Notes under the pieces: generated by a model
What the model saw: the letters and a program-made list of their open reading frames with translations, nothing else
Told to the model about the DNA's origin: nothing
Databases searched by the model: none
Shown: one piece after another, positions 22,952 through 34,400 of the stretch
Layout: each line of letters starts with the position of its first letter
Position numbering within the stretch: position 1 is the stretch's first letter
Program-made: the position numbers and the translations under genes
Source of the DNA: Pecten maximus
Lineage: Eukaryota
NCBI RefSeq assembly: GCF_902652985.1
Contig: NC_047023.1
Location: 3,658,001-3,722,000 of the forward strand
DNA length: 64,000 nucleotides
Direction of reading: 5' to 3'

Positions 22952-23952
22952 CCTATCTCATAGGCTCATGATATTCCTTTGGCCAAAAATGACTACCAGT
23001 CTGTTCTCAACAAAACCAAATAAATAAATGTTAAAAAAATAATCATAATGTATTAAACTAAAATAACGACCTCGAAAAATGATGATTGCTTTTAATTTCT
23101 GGAGCAGTAAAAATTAACATCATCATTTCGCATCTCACTATTTAAGCATTTCACAATTAACTAATAAAAACATTATTAGGAGCACTAATACATCCACTAA
23201 TGACAATGCAACATAAACACTTTTCAACAGAAGGTATAGCAATAAACTATTTATTGTTGCTACACATAAAAATTAAAAGGCACAAAGGAAATGACATTTT
23301 TTTTTAATTGAATATCACAGATTTTTTTTATTACAAACAACTACACGTAATTATATGATAACAAGTCTATTAAATGATATTTGCATATTTCTGAAAAAAC
23401 AGCAACAAAACTATTGCTTGTGATCACTGAAATAGTTTAAATTCTCCTTTTCAGCTATTAAATATAATAATTATATAGGTCAAACGCTGACCGAAATGGA
23501 AATCCAACCATGTCACAGGTTGTCCTATGTTCTTTGTTAATAAAATTAGGAAGTTCAGTTGACCCTAGATATTGATCAATTTCAAAAATCGAATCACAAA
23601 TCTGGGTTGAATCCTTATCACCTTCCAAAATAAAAGTATCAATACAAAATTCTCATGATTCAAATAATGCTCTCAATTGTCAGGAGAAAGCCCCTAAGTC
23701 ATTTGGAAAATAATTTTTCTGTTGTCTTAAGATCGGGGATTATGTATAGATGTTTGTAAGGAATGGGCCAGCTAACAGACAATTATCGCAAACCGTTTTG
23801 ATTTGTGCAAATAAGAAGTGTGAGCAAACATAATCCATACATGTTATTTATGTCATGATAAACATCAATATAAACAAAGATACGTAAACAACATTATAAT
23901 GTATTAAGTAAACAATGTGAGCCTGGAATGTTATCAGTGTCCACATCACCGC

Positions 23953-25252
23953 TGTTCTAAGGTCTGGGCCGACTCCATCTACTACAGTAACACGTACTAG
24001 TGTGTTCTAAGGCCTGGACAGACTTCGTCTACTATAGTAACACGTACTAGTGTGTTCTAAGGTCTGGACAGACGCCGTCTACTATAGTAACACGTACTAG
24101 TGTGTTCTAAGGTCTGGACAGACGCCGTCTACTATAGTAACACGTACTAGTGTGTTCTAAGGTCTGGACAGACGCCGTCTACTATAGTAACACGTACTAG
24201 TGTGTTCTAAGGTCTGGACAGACGCCGTCTACTATAGTAACACGTACTAGTGTGTTCTAAGGTCTGGACAGACGCCGTCTACTATAGTAACACGTACTAG
24301 TGTGTTCTAAGGTCTGGACAGACGCCGTCTACTATAGTAACACGTACTAGTGTGTTCTAAGGCCTGGACAGACTCCGTCTACTATAGTAACACGTACTAG
24401 TGTGTTCTAAGGTCTGGACAGACGCCGTCTACTATAGTAACAGGTACTAGTGTGTTCTAAGGTCTGGACAGACGCCGTCTACTATAGTAACACATACTAG
24501 TGTGTTCTAAGGTCTGGACAGACGCCGTCTACTATAGTAACACGTACTAGTGTGTTCTAAGGTATGGACAGACGCCGTCTACTATAGTAACACGTACTAG
24601 TGTGTTCTAAGGTCTGGACAGACGCCGTCTACTATAGTAACACGTACTAGTGTGTTCTAAGGTCTGGACAGACGCCGTCTACTATAGTAACACATACTAG
24701 TGTGTTCTAAGGTCTGGACAGACTCCGTCTACTATAGTAACACGTACTAGTGTGTCCTAAGGTCTGGACAGACGCCGTCTACTATAGTAACACATACTAG
24801 TGTGTTCTAAGGTCTGGGCCGACTCCATCTACTATAGTAACACATACTAGTGTGTTCTAAGGTCTGGGCCGACTCCATCTACTATAGTAACACGTACTTG
24901 TGTGTTCTAAGGTCTGGGCCGACTCCGTCTACTATAGTAACACGTACTAGTGTGTTCTAAGGTCTGGACAGACGCCGTCTACTATAGTAACACATACTAG
25001 TGTGTTCTAAGGTCTGGACAGACACCGTCAACTATAGTAACACGTACTAGTGTGTTCTAAGGTCTGGACAGACGCCGTCTACTATAGTAATACGTACTAG
25101 TGTGTTCTAAGGTCTGGACAGACTTCGGCCACTATAGTTACACGTACTAGTGTGTTCTAAGGTCTGGACAGACTCCGGCCACTATAGTTACACGTACTAG
25201 TGTGTTCTAAGGTCTGGGTGGACGCCGTCTACTATAGTAATACATACTAGTG
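23953..25252. repeat. 50-bp minisatellite, ~26 copies
   Basis: Unit tgtgttctaaggtctggacagacgccgtctactatagtaacacgtactag. Confidence 0.97.
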
Positions 25253-25502
25253 GATTCAGTGGGACATCTACAGTTCAATTTTCTCATGACCAGAAAAAAT
25301 ATAAAGTTTTCAGTACAATCCATTAAACCTACCATTTAATGACTCGGAGCATCTATCACTTTAAAGCCAAAACACACTATTAACATACAGACAGGATACA
25401 TCTCAATAAATAGTCTATCACTACACTACACCGACCAATCACAGATTTTTAACTCCCCATTGTGTATCGAGAGACTGACTAGATTAATGGTGATGTTTCT
25501 CC

Positions 25503-26005
25503 GAGGTGTCAGACAAGACGTCCGATGTCCACTAGTACTTGTCTATGTCACCAAGGTGTCAGACAACAGACATCCGATGTCCACTAGTACTTGTTAATGT
25601 CACCAAGGTGTCAGACAACGGACGTCTGATGTCCACTCGTACCTGTCTATGTCACCAAGGTGTCAGAGAACAAAAGTCCGATGTCGACTCGTACCTGTCT
25701 ATGTCACCAAGGTGTCAGACAACAGACGTCTGATGTCAACTAGTACCCGTCAATGTCACCAAGGTGTCAGACAACAGACGTCCGATGTCCACTCGTACCT
25801 GTCTATGTCACCAAGGTGTCAGACAACGGACGTCCGATGTCCACTACTACTTGTCTATGTCACCAAGGTGTCAGACAACGGACGTCCGATGTCCACTCCT
25901 ACTTGTCTATGTCACCAAGGTCTCAGACAACAGATGTCCGATGTCCACTCATACCTGTCAATGTCACCAAGGTGTCAGACAACAGACGTCCGATGTCCAC
26001 TAGTA
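25503..26005. repeat. 52-bp minisatellite, ~9.5 copies
   Basis: Unit atgtcaccaaggtgtcagacaacagacgtccgatgtccactcgtacctgtct. Confidence 0.94.
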
Positions 26006-26300
26006 GTTATCTTTTGTTGGTTAATAATGACCAAACCTACAGAGTGAAGCTGGCAGTAACAATACACCTAAAAATGTATACTGTCTGCAGTAATGTAAAA
26101 ACATCTGACATGGGGCAATCAGAATTCTAGGGAAACGCTATTTAGTAGTTACAATTTCAATTGGCCTCTAAAGAATTCATTTGACTCCTTAAAATGTTCA
26201 ATGAAACAAAAAGCAGTGTATGCCTGGGTATTACCATGATACGTAAAGGATATATTGCACAGTATGTACGTCAGTCATGCTACCTATTCAACAAAACTAC

Positions 26301-27418
26301 AAAAGTCCCATTGGGCCTGTATTGCTCACCTGTTTGTTACATCTTATCCTAATTTCAGGGGATCTAATTCTTCCTTTATTAAGCAATGAATCCTAAGCAC
26401 TAGTTATAATCCATAGTAATTAGGGATATCATCATCTGTTTGTGTGTAGGGCCAGCACCTCGATCATCGTAGGTAAGAACAGGGATCTCCCCATTACGAC
26501 TGAGGGACCCAGCATAGCGAGTACTGGTAATTGTAGATTAAATTGCCTAACTGAGATGCTAACATGGTAATGCCCTGGACATGTTCCTCATCCACCCCTT
26601 GGATGTGTTACAGCATTTATAGGCCCTCATCCATCTCCTGGACGTGTTACAGCATTTATAGGCCCTCATCCACCTCCTGGACGTGTTACAGCGTTTATAA
26701 GCCCTCATCCATCTCCTGGACGTGTTACAGCGTTTATAAGGCCTCATCCACCTCCTGGACGTGTTACAGCGTTTATAAGCCCTCATCCACCTCCTGGACG
26801 TGTTACAGCGTTTATAAGCCCTCATCCACCTCCTGGACGTGTTACAGCGTTTATAAGCCCTCATCCACCTCCTGGACGTGTTACAGAGCGTTTATAAGCC
26901 CTCATCCACCTCCTGGACGTGTTACAGCGTTTATAAGCCCTCATCCACCTCCCGATGTGTTACAGAGCGTTTATAAGCCCTCATCCACCTCCTGGATGTG
27001 TTACAGAACGTTTATAAGCCCTCATCCACCTCCCGATGTGTTACAGCGTTTATGAGTCCTGATGATGTTACATAGTTATTACCATATTTTTCCTTAAGGA
27101 ATCCCCTCCCCTATCTGATGATTCCCCCAAAACGAAGGGGGCTTATTTGTTGGCAGGGCTTATTGAATGATAAATACAGGAAGTTCTTGATAAGTCGTCT
27201 TTTGAAAGCTAAAACCTACCAATATCCTCTTATTTTAACCTTCCCCTGGCATGACAGATCAGCTTATCCTCTCCTTTGAGGATGTGTAACTCGGAACTTG
27301 GTAGAAATCTTATCAGAAACTAATTAGGGGAAAGTATATTTTTAATGAAAAGAATGACAGACAAAAGACACTATGCCATGGATTAGTCTCACCAGTTCTC
27401 ACAAGCAGGTGAGATAAT
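26301..27418 (-). mobile_element. Degraded, inverted HINE-like element enclosing a ~40-bp minisatellite (26585-27058)
   Basis: Left end cccattgggcctgtattgctcacctg is the reverse complement of the 3' end of the 6409 element; right end tctcacc...ggtgaga hairpin. Internal unit gtgttacagcgtttataagccctcatccacctcctggac. Confidence 0.6.
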
Positions 27419-28147
27419 TAATAGGGTGGATGGGGAGGGCTGGGGGTTGGGAGTTGTGAGAAATGTCAAAAATTTAGATCAAGATTTTTTTTAAACAATA
27501 ATATTAAAGTATTTCCGGAAAACAGGCAGTATTGCACAGTTTTGGTCCACATAGACTGTAGGTAAACATACAGTACCAAACGTAACTCCAGCATATCATT
27601 ACTGGTATAACACAGACAGAAATTATAACTAAGCTATTTTCACTGGGTTCATATACCTCAGAACAAAAAAACATACAAATAAAAACCCAGCCAAATGAAA
27701 TGAACTACGTGCCAGCAAGTCTACTTGGGATTGCTGCTCATACAAAAGAACGGAAACTATACCTTTCGAGAGATTGATGTTTATATCAAATTGACAGGAT
27801 TTGTTTGAATACGTAAGGAATGTTATTGCCACAAATATTGTAATTACTACCGATAGTGAAATAGTATTGTGTCCATAAGCAAGTGTTTACCAATAATTTC
27901 ACACTACAGACATTCACATTCCTGTCAATTAAAAGTATTGAATTTCAAATGGCAGAGAAATTATGCAGTGAAAATAGATATTTAATTACCTACGTAATGC
28001 CCTATGCGACAAACATGTGGAGCAATTATCGTTGATTTGAGCTGTTTACAAAATCACTAAACTCTACAGATGTTTGAAAGATCAGCATTAAGGTTCAAGT
28101 GAACATTTTTTTTTAAATTCTGTTTTTTTGGTCATGTCCATACAGAG

Positions 28148-28440
28148 TCACACCATGATTTCATCCTCCTCCCCTATATTCTGAAGTCCTGGGATCGTAA
28201 GGTAACTCGAATCGTACGAAGGAATCCGTCCTTGCCCTACTAAGAACACTGCATCGTAGTTGCCGGGGGATACAGGGTCATTAACACTAGATTCACCTGA
28301 GGCCTCAAGCTCCTGGCTTCCGTAAGAATTTTCTGAATTTCTCCGTCTCTTCACTGCCTCACTATAGCGAGTTGGTGGTCGTCTCGGTGGCAGTGTGGCT
28401 CGCCGCTTGGTCAGATGCTTCAGCTGATTTGGGGGACTGA
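28148..28440 (-). CDS. MYO9A: MYO9 terminal coding exon (VSPPNQLKHLTKRRATLPPRRPPTRY...GEEDEIMV*)
   Basis: ttacacag|TC is a phase-1 acceptor matching the upstream exon. Open to TGA. Confidence 0.85.
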
Positions 28441-31400
28441 CTGTGTAATGATAAAGGAGAGATGTTAGTGTGATGCAGTTGAGGGTGACAAAGAGACAAA
28501 GTCTTGACTTAAACTTTAAATAAGTTCCTCAACGACTAAGCTTAGTTACATGCCCAGCCAACAGGACTATCTTAAATTCTAGGCATGTTATAGACAATCT
28601 GTATCACCAGTGCTCTGCCTCTGAAGATCAAATTCTACAGTAACAACATTATCCAAATTTTCCAAGTTGCCTTGTTCTTTTTCCCCCAATATTATATAAT
28701 ACTAGTATTAAGTTATGAAATGTTAATTTCTTTTTAAACATCAATATTTGAATTAACTCTTAACATTTTCGCTCAATTACTCAACAAATTATTTACACTC
28801 TCAGCACTTCAGTCAGTTAATATGAACTTTAGATGAAATAGTAGTTTGAGGAAAGCTGTAAAGCATAAATTTTACATACACCTGCAAGCAGCTAATGGCA
28901 GACGAAACAAAAAACATTAATGTAGTCATAAGCTTAATATCAGCAGACCAGCATAGAGTTACACATCCTTGACCAATGTAAGTATATCGCAATATAGCTT
29001 TAATGCAATCTGTCCCTGATAAATTTAGCGGCCAATCAGTAATTAGCATATATATATAATTCACCCCGGATCAACTTATCAGCCAATCAGAAATCAACAC
29101 ATAATTCACTCCCTGATTAATGTCTGCCAATCAGCATACAGCTGTTTATCCCTCACCATTTTTGACTGTTAGATCTTATTTTTTGTAAAGCGTAAAAAAC
29201 AAGAGATCCCAGAGGGATCTTGGCGCCCACCATTGAATGATCTTTATAGGTTCCATGTCAGATTGATCTTTTCTATACTTTTCCCTTCCTCTAAGTCTTA
29301 CTAATCTGTGTAAATTCAGAAACAGCCCTCTAGTACTTTTCAAACAAAGGGAACCTATATAACAAATTTAAGATTTAGCGATAATGGCTGTCTGTCGGCC
29401 ATGTTGTTTTCAGATTGGTCCAAAAATGCAATACTAGGGACCAAGGGAAAGCTACATATGAAATTTGAGAAAGATCCTTTCAGCAATTTCTGAGAAATAA
29501 CGATAACAAACTTCAATAGTCAAAATCAAAGATGGCTGCCTCTCGGCCATGTTGTTTTCTGATCGGTCTCAAAATGCAATATGCATAACTAAGCACCAAG
29601 AGGAACCTACATGTGAAATTTGAGAAAGATCCCTTCAGAGCTTTCTGAGAAATAGCGATAACAAACTTCAATTGTCAAAATCCAAGATGGCTGCCTGTCG
29701 GCCATGTTGTTTTCCCATTAGTCTCAAAATGCAATATGCATAACTAGGCACCAAGAGGAACCTACATATGAAATTTGAGGAAGATCCCTTCAGTACTTTC
29801 GGAGAAATAGCGATAACAAACTTCAATTGTCAAAATCCAAGATGGCTGCCTGTCGGCCATGTTGTTTTCTGATTGATCTCAAAATGCAATATGCATAACT
29901 ACGCACCAAAAGGAACCTACATGTGAAATTTGAGAAAGATCCCTTCAGAGCTTTCTGAGAAATAGCGATAACAAACTTCAATTGTCAAAATCCAAGATGG
30001 CTGCCTGTCGGCCATGTTGTTTTCCGATTGGTCTCAAAATGCAATATGCATAACTAGGCACTGCGGGGAACCTACATATGAAATTTGAGAAAGATCCCTT
30101 CAATACTTTCTGAGAAATAGAAATAACAAACTTCAATTGTCAAAATCCAAGATGGCTGCCTGTCGGCCATGTTGTTTTCCGATTGGTCTCAAAATGCAAA
30201 ATGCATAACTAGGCACCGAGGGGAACATACATATGAAATTTGAGAAAGATCCCTTCAGTACTTTCGGAGAAATAGCGATAACAAACTTCAATTGTCAAAA
30301 TCCAAGATGGCTGCCTGTCGGCCATGTTGTTTTGCGATTGGTCTCAAAATGCAATATGCCTAACTAGGCACCAAGAGGAACCTACATGTGAAATTTGAGA
30401 AAGATCCCTTCAATACTTCCTGAGAAATAGCGATAACAAACTTCAATTGTCAAAATCCAAGATGGCTGACTGTCGGCCATGTTGTTTTCCGATTGGTCTC
30501 AAAATGCAAAATGCATAACTAGGCACCGAGGGGAACCTACATATGAAATTTGAGAAAGATCCCTTCAGTACTTTCGGAGAAATAGCGATAACAAACTTCA
30601 ATTGTCAAAATCCAAGATGGCTGCCTGTCGGCCATGTTGTTTTGCGATTGGTCTCAAAATGCAATATGCATAACTAGGCACCGAGAGGAACCTACATGTG
30701 AAATTTGAGAAAGATCCCTTTGGTCCTTTCTGAGAAATAGCGATAACAAACTTCAATTGTCAAAATCCAAGATGGCTGCCTGTCGGCCATGTTGTTTTCC
30801 GATTGGTCTCAAAATGCAATATGCATAACTAGGCACCAAGAGGAACCTACATGTGAAATTTGAGAAAGATCCCTTCAACACTTCCTGAGAAATAGCGATA
30901 ACAAACTTCAATTGTCAAAATCCAAGATGGCTGCCTGTCGGCCATGTTGTTTTCCGATTGGTCTCAAAATGCAATATGCATAACTAGGCACCAAGGGGAA
31001 CCTACATATGAAATTTGAGAAAGATCCCTTCAGTACTTTCTGAGAAATAGCGATAACAAACTTCAATTGTCAAAATCCAAGATGGCTGCCTGTCGGCCAT
31101 GTTGTTTTCCGATTGGTCTCAAAATGCAATATGCATAACTAGGCACCAAGGGGAACCTACATATGAAATTTGAGAAAGATCCCTTCAGTACTTTCTGAGA
31201 AATAGCGATAACAAACTTCAATTGTCAAATCCAAGATGGCTGCCTGTCGGCCATGTTGTTTTCCGATTGGTCTCAAAATGCAATATGCATAACTAGGCAC
31301 CAAGGGGAACCTACATATGAAATTTGAGAAAGATCCCTTCAGTACTTTCTGAGAAATAGCGATAACAAACTTCAATTGTCAAAATCCAAGATGGCTGCCT

Positions 31401-34400
31401 GTCGGCCATGTTGTTTTCCGATTGGTCTCAAAATGCAATATGCATAACTAGGCACCGAGAGGAACCTACATATGAAATTTGAGAAAGATCCCTTCAGTAC
31501 TTTCTGAGAAATAGCGATAACAAACTTCAATTGTCAAAATCCAAGATGGCTGCCTGTCGGCCATGTTGTTTTGCGATTGGTCTCAAAATGCAATATGCAT
31601 AACTAGGCACCGAGAGGAACCTACATGTGAAATTTGAGAAAGATCCCTTCAGTACTTTCTGAGAAATAGCGATAACAAACTTCAATTGTCAAAATCCAAG
31701 ATGGCTGCCTGTCGGCCATGTTGTTTTCCGATTGGTCTCAAAATGCAATATGCATAACTAGGCACCAAGAGGAACATACATATGAAATTTGAGAAAGATC
31801 CCTTCAACACTTCCTGAGAAATAGCGATAACAAACTTCAATTGTCAAAATCCAAGATGGCTGCCTGTCGGCCATGTTGTTTTTCGATTGGTCTCAAAATG
31901 CAATATGCATAACTAGACACCAAGAGGAACATAAAAAAATTAAGAAATACCCAGCATATATATATAGCCCTGTAAAACACTTACGTACGAAAATCTAAAG
32001 TTTTGTATCTGTGAGGTCACACCATAGCATTTAGTTCTACAACATAGCACCCATACTAAATTAATGCCAGTTATCATTACTGACTGTAGCTGTATATAGA
32101 TGATGTAACAGCCATCTTAATTAGCCTTGTCTATATAAATGATAATGCCACCCTGAGTCTGGTGGCTGGATAGAAATTAAAAGTTTGGATTCCAGTTAGG
32201 GCCTAACATATAACAGAGTATGAACAATTCTATACCAACCACGGCTACAATTAAGCTTGGCAGCCCCAATGTCATAAATCTAAATATATTTTTAAATTAC
32301 ATAATAATCATAGATATTTTGTCCAATGTTTACGTAGATATATTTTTTGGACAGGAAATGAATTTCCAGAAATATGTGGCTGATCACAACAGAAAGAAAA
32401 CATTTCACCTGTCAAATTGAACTTAATTATCAAATTGCCATGTTAATGTAAGAAGCCAATTTGAAAAGCTGAGGTCTCCATTTCACACACATGAAAAATT
32501 AGGCTCTAATTATCATAAAACAACTAATCCACAATCAAACACAGAGTGATAGTGTACATCAATCAGTCTGAATATTCTGTTAGAATTGTGCGCTTAACAC
32601 ACAACTCAAGAAGTTGTAGCTTGTTTTATTTTTTTAAGTTTTCACACAATGCAAAGCAGTTAGCTAACTTGTGGTACAGTTGTTTGTACACAGGCATGAA
32701 AATAGATATTGTCATAATTGATGTTCAAATACAAAGAAAAGAGTCTATTAAATCCTTTCGGATGGAAAAACCCTCAATGAAATTCATTCTGCACATTTTA
32801 TACAGAAAACAGAAAACATTCAACATATCAAACACAAAGAAATAGAATCACCTTTGACAGAAGGCTGATGGGTTGTAAACTAATACTGAATGATACAAGG
32901 TAAAACTACGTAGAAACAAGACAAAAAGGTGAACTATTGAAAGTAAGATCTAGTATTAATGAGTTCATGACATAGTGAAAAGAAGATTTGGACAAATTCA
33001 GTGGCCAAGACTGGAATAGACAGGACTAATATACTATTGTAGTACAGTAAAGGAATTATGGCTGGGAGACATCAACAATGAAAAGTCGAAAAAAAGACAT
33101 TTATAACATGCCAATGTACCTCCGGTCAACCCTCAGAGGGTTGTCTCAGCTAGGATTTATACCAAACATGCACAAGGTCAAAGGTCATGACCTTACAGGT
33201 TTCACTGGATATGACCATTGTGTCATGACACTTTATAATATCAACACAATATCACAAACTACATCTATACACCACAATCAGATGTGTACGAAACATGAGG
33301 TATGTACGTATTACAAATCTTTTGTTCAATGGAATCCCTGCTGAATGTGCATCATTTTTTTATGAAACGAAAAATACAGCTTAGGTTATTTTTTTTTTCT
33401 TCTGTAAATGCACAATTCAAAGAAGGTAGGAGTAACATGCTTGCAGGACAAGAGGCTAAGTACAATAGAAATTTTCCTTGAGAAAAAATCTCGTCACAGC
33501 AACAGCAAGATGTCAGTGTGACAAACATACCTTGGTTGTTAATGATCATTTGAAAAAGCTTTTGATTGATTCTGAAAAGCAGTGAATGGTACGCCAACAG
33601 TCAGTATATATAAAGTTTGTATAAAATTTGTGTAAATAATCATAATTGGCTAATTATGACTCACATGTCAACTGGGTCAAGTTTAATAGTTTTAAGAGAC
33701 ATTTTATTTGATTGCAGCCATCCCGGGACAAAATAGATAATTTCAATAAGATCACATTACAATGATCGTGTACAACTAGTACAGATATTGTCTAACAGAT
33801 CAGGACAAACATTACTATTGTTTATTGGCTGTATTAAGGAAGTGAACATTTTCAAATTAATTTAAAACAAAACTCCTGTGTTTTTCCTGGGATAATATGA
33901 CAAGACCATGGAAATGAATAAAAATATGTAAAAATCATGGAAAAATATTGATATTAGCTCCAAATGGCAATTTCCTGAGGGGACAATGAAAATATTCAAT
34001 TAAGGGTGTCATGACAAACTCATTCAACTGTATATACTTAATGACTATTTTTTAATCTGTATGAATTCTTGTACCTAAATTTACTATCATAGTTTTCTTT
34101 CTGTTTCTTTCCCTATTTTCCCCCACTTCTTTATATCCTGACATTTTATTATTTGTTACTTGTTTGTTAAAGCAGATAAGCCAAACACTTGTACATCAAA
34201 GCACACACATATATATATATATTGGTTACAAGGTTAATACCAAGTTATATAAGGTCATAGCTTTTGCAGGTCTACCTTATTACAAGTTAGTAAACAAAGT
34301 GCCATGTTTATACGGCAGTCATGTGTGAACACCACCTGAAGCTGTTGACACTACCTAATTTTCATTTTCTATTTATAGTAACGGTTACAACATTAGCAGG

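Noticed and set aside
23953-25252. CRISPR-like regular array with palindromic units
   Set aside because: Head-to-tail repeats without unique spacers, no cas genes, and a eukaryotic intron-containing context.
21807-27055. Repetitive ORFs in the intergenic arrays
   Set aside because: Translations of minisatellites on both strands, with no splice or homology support.
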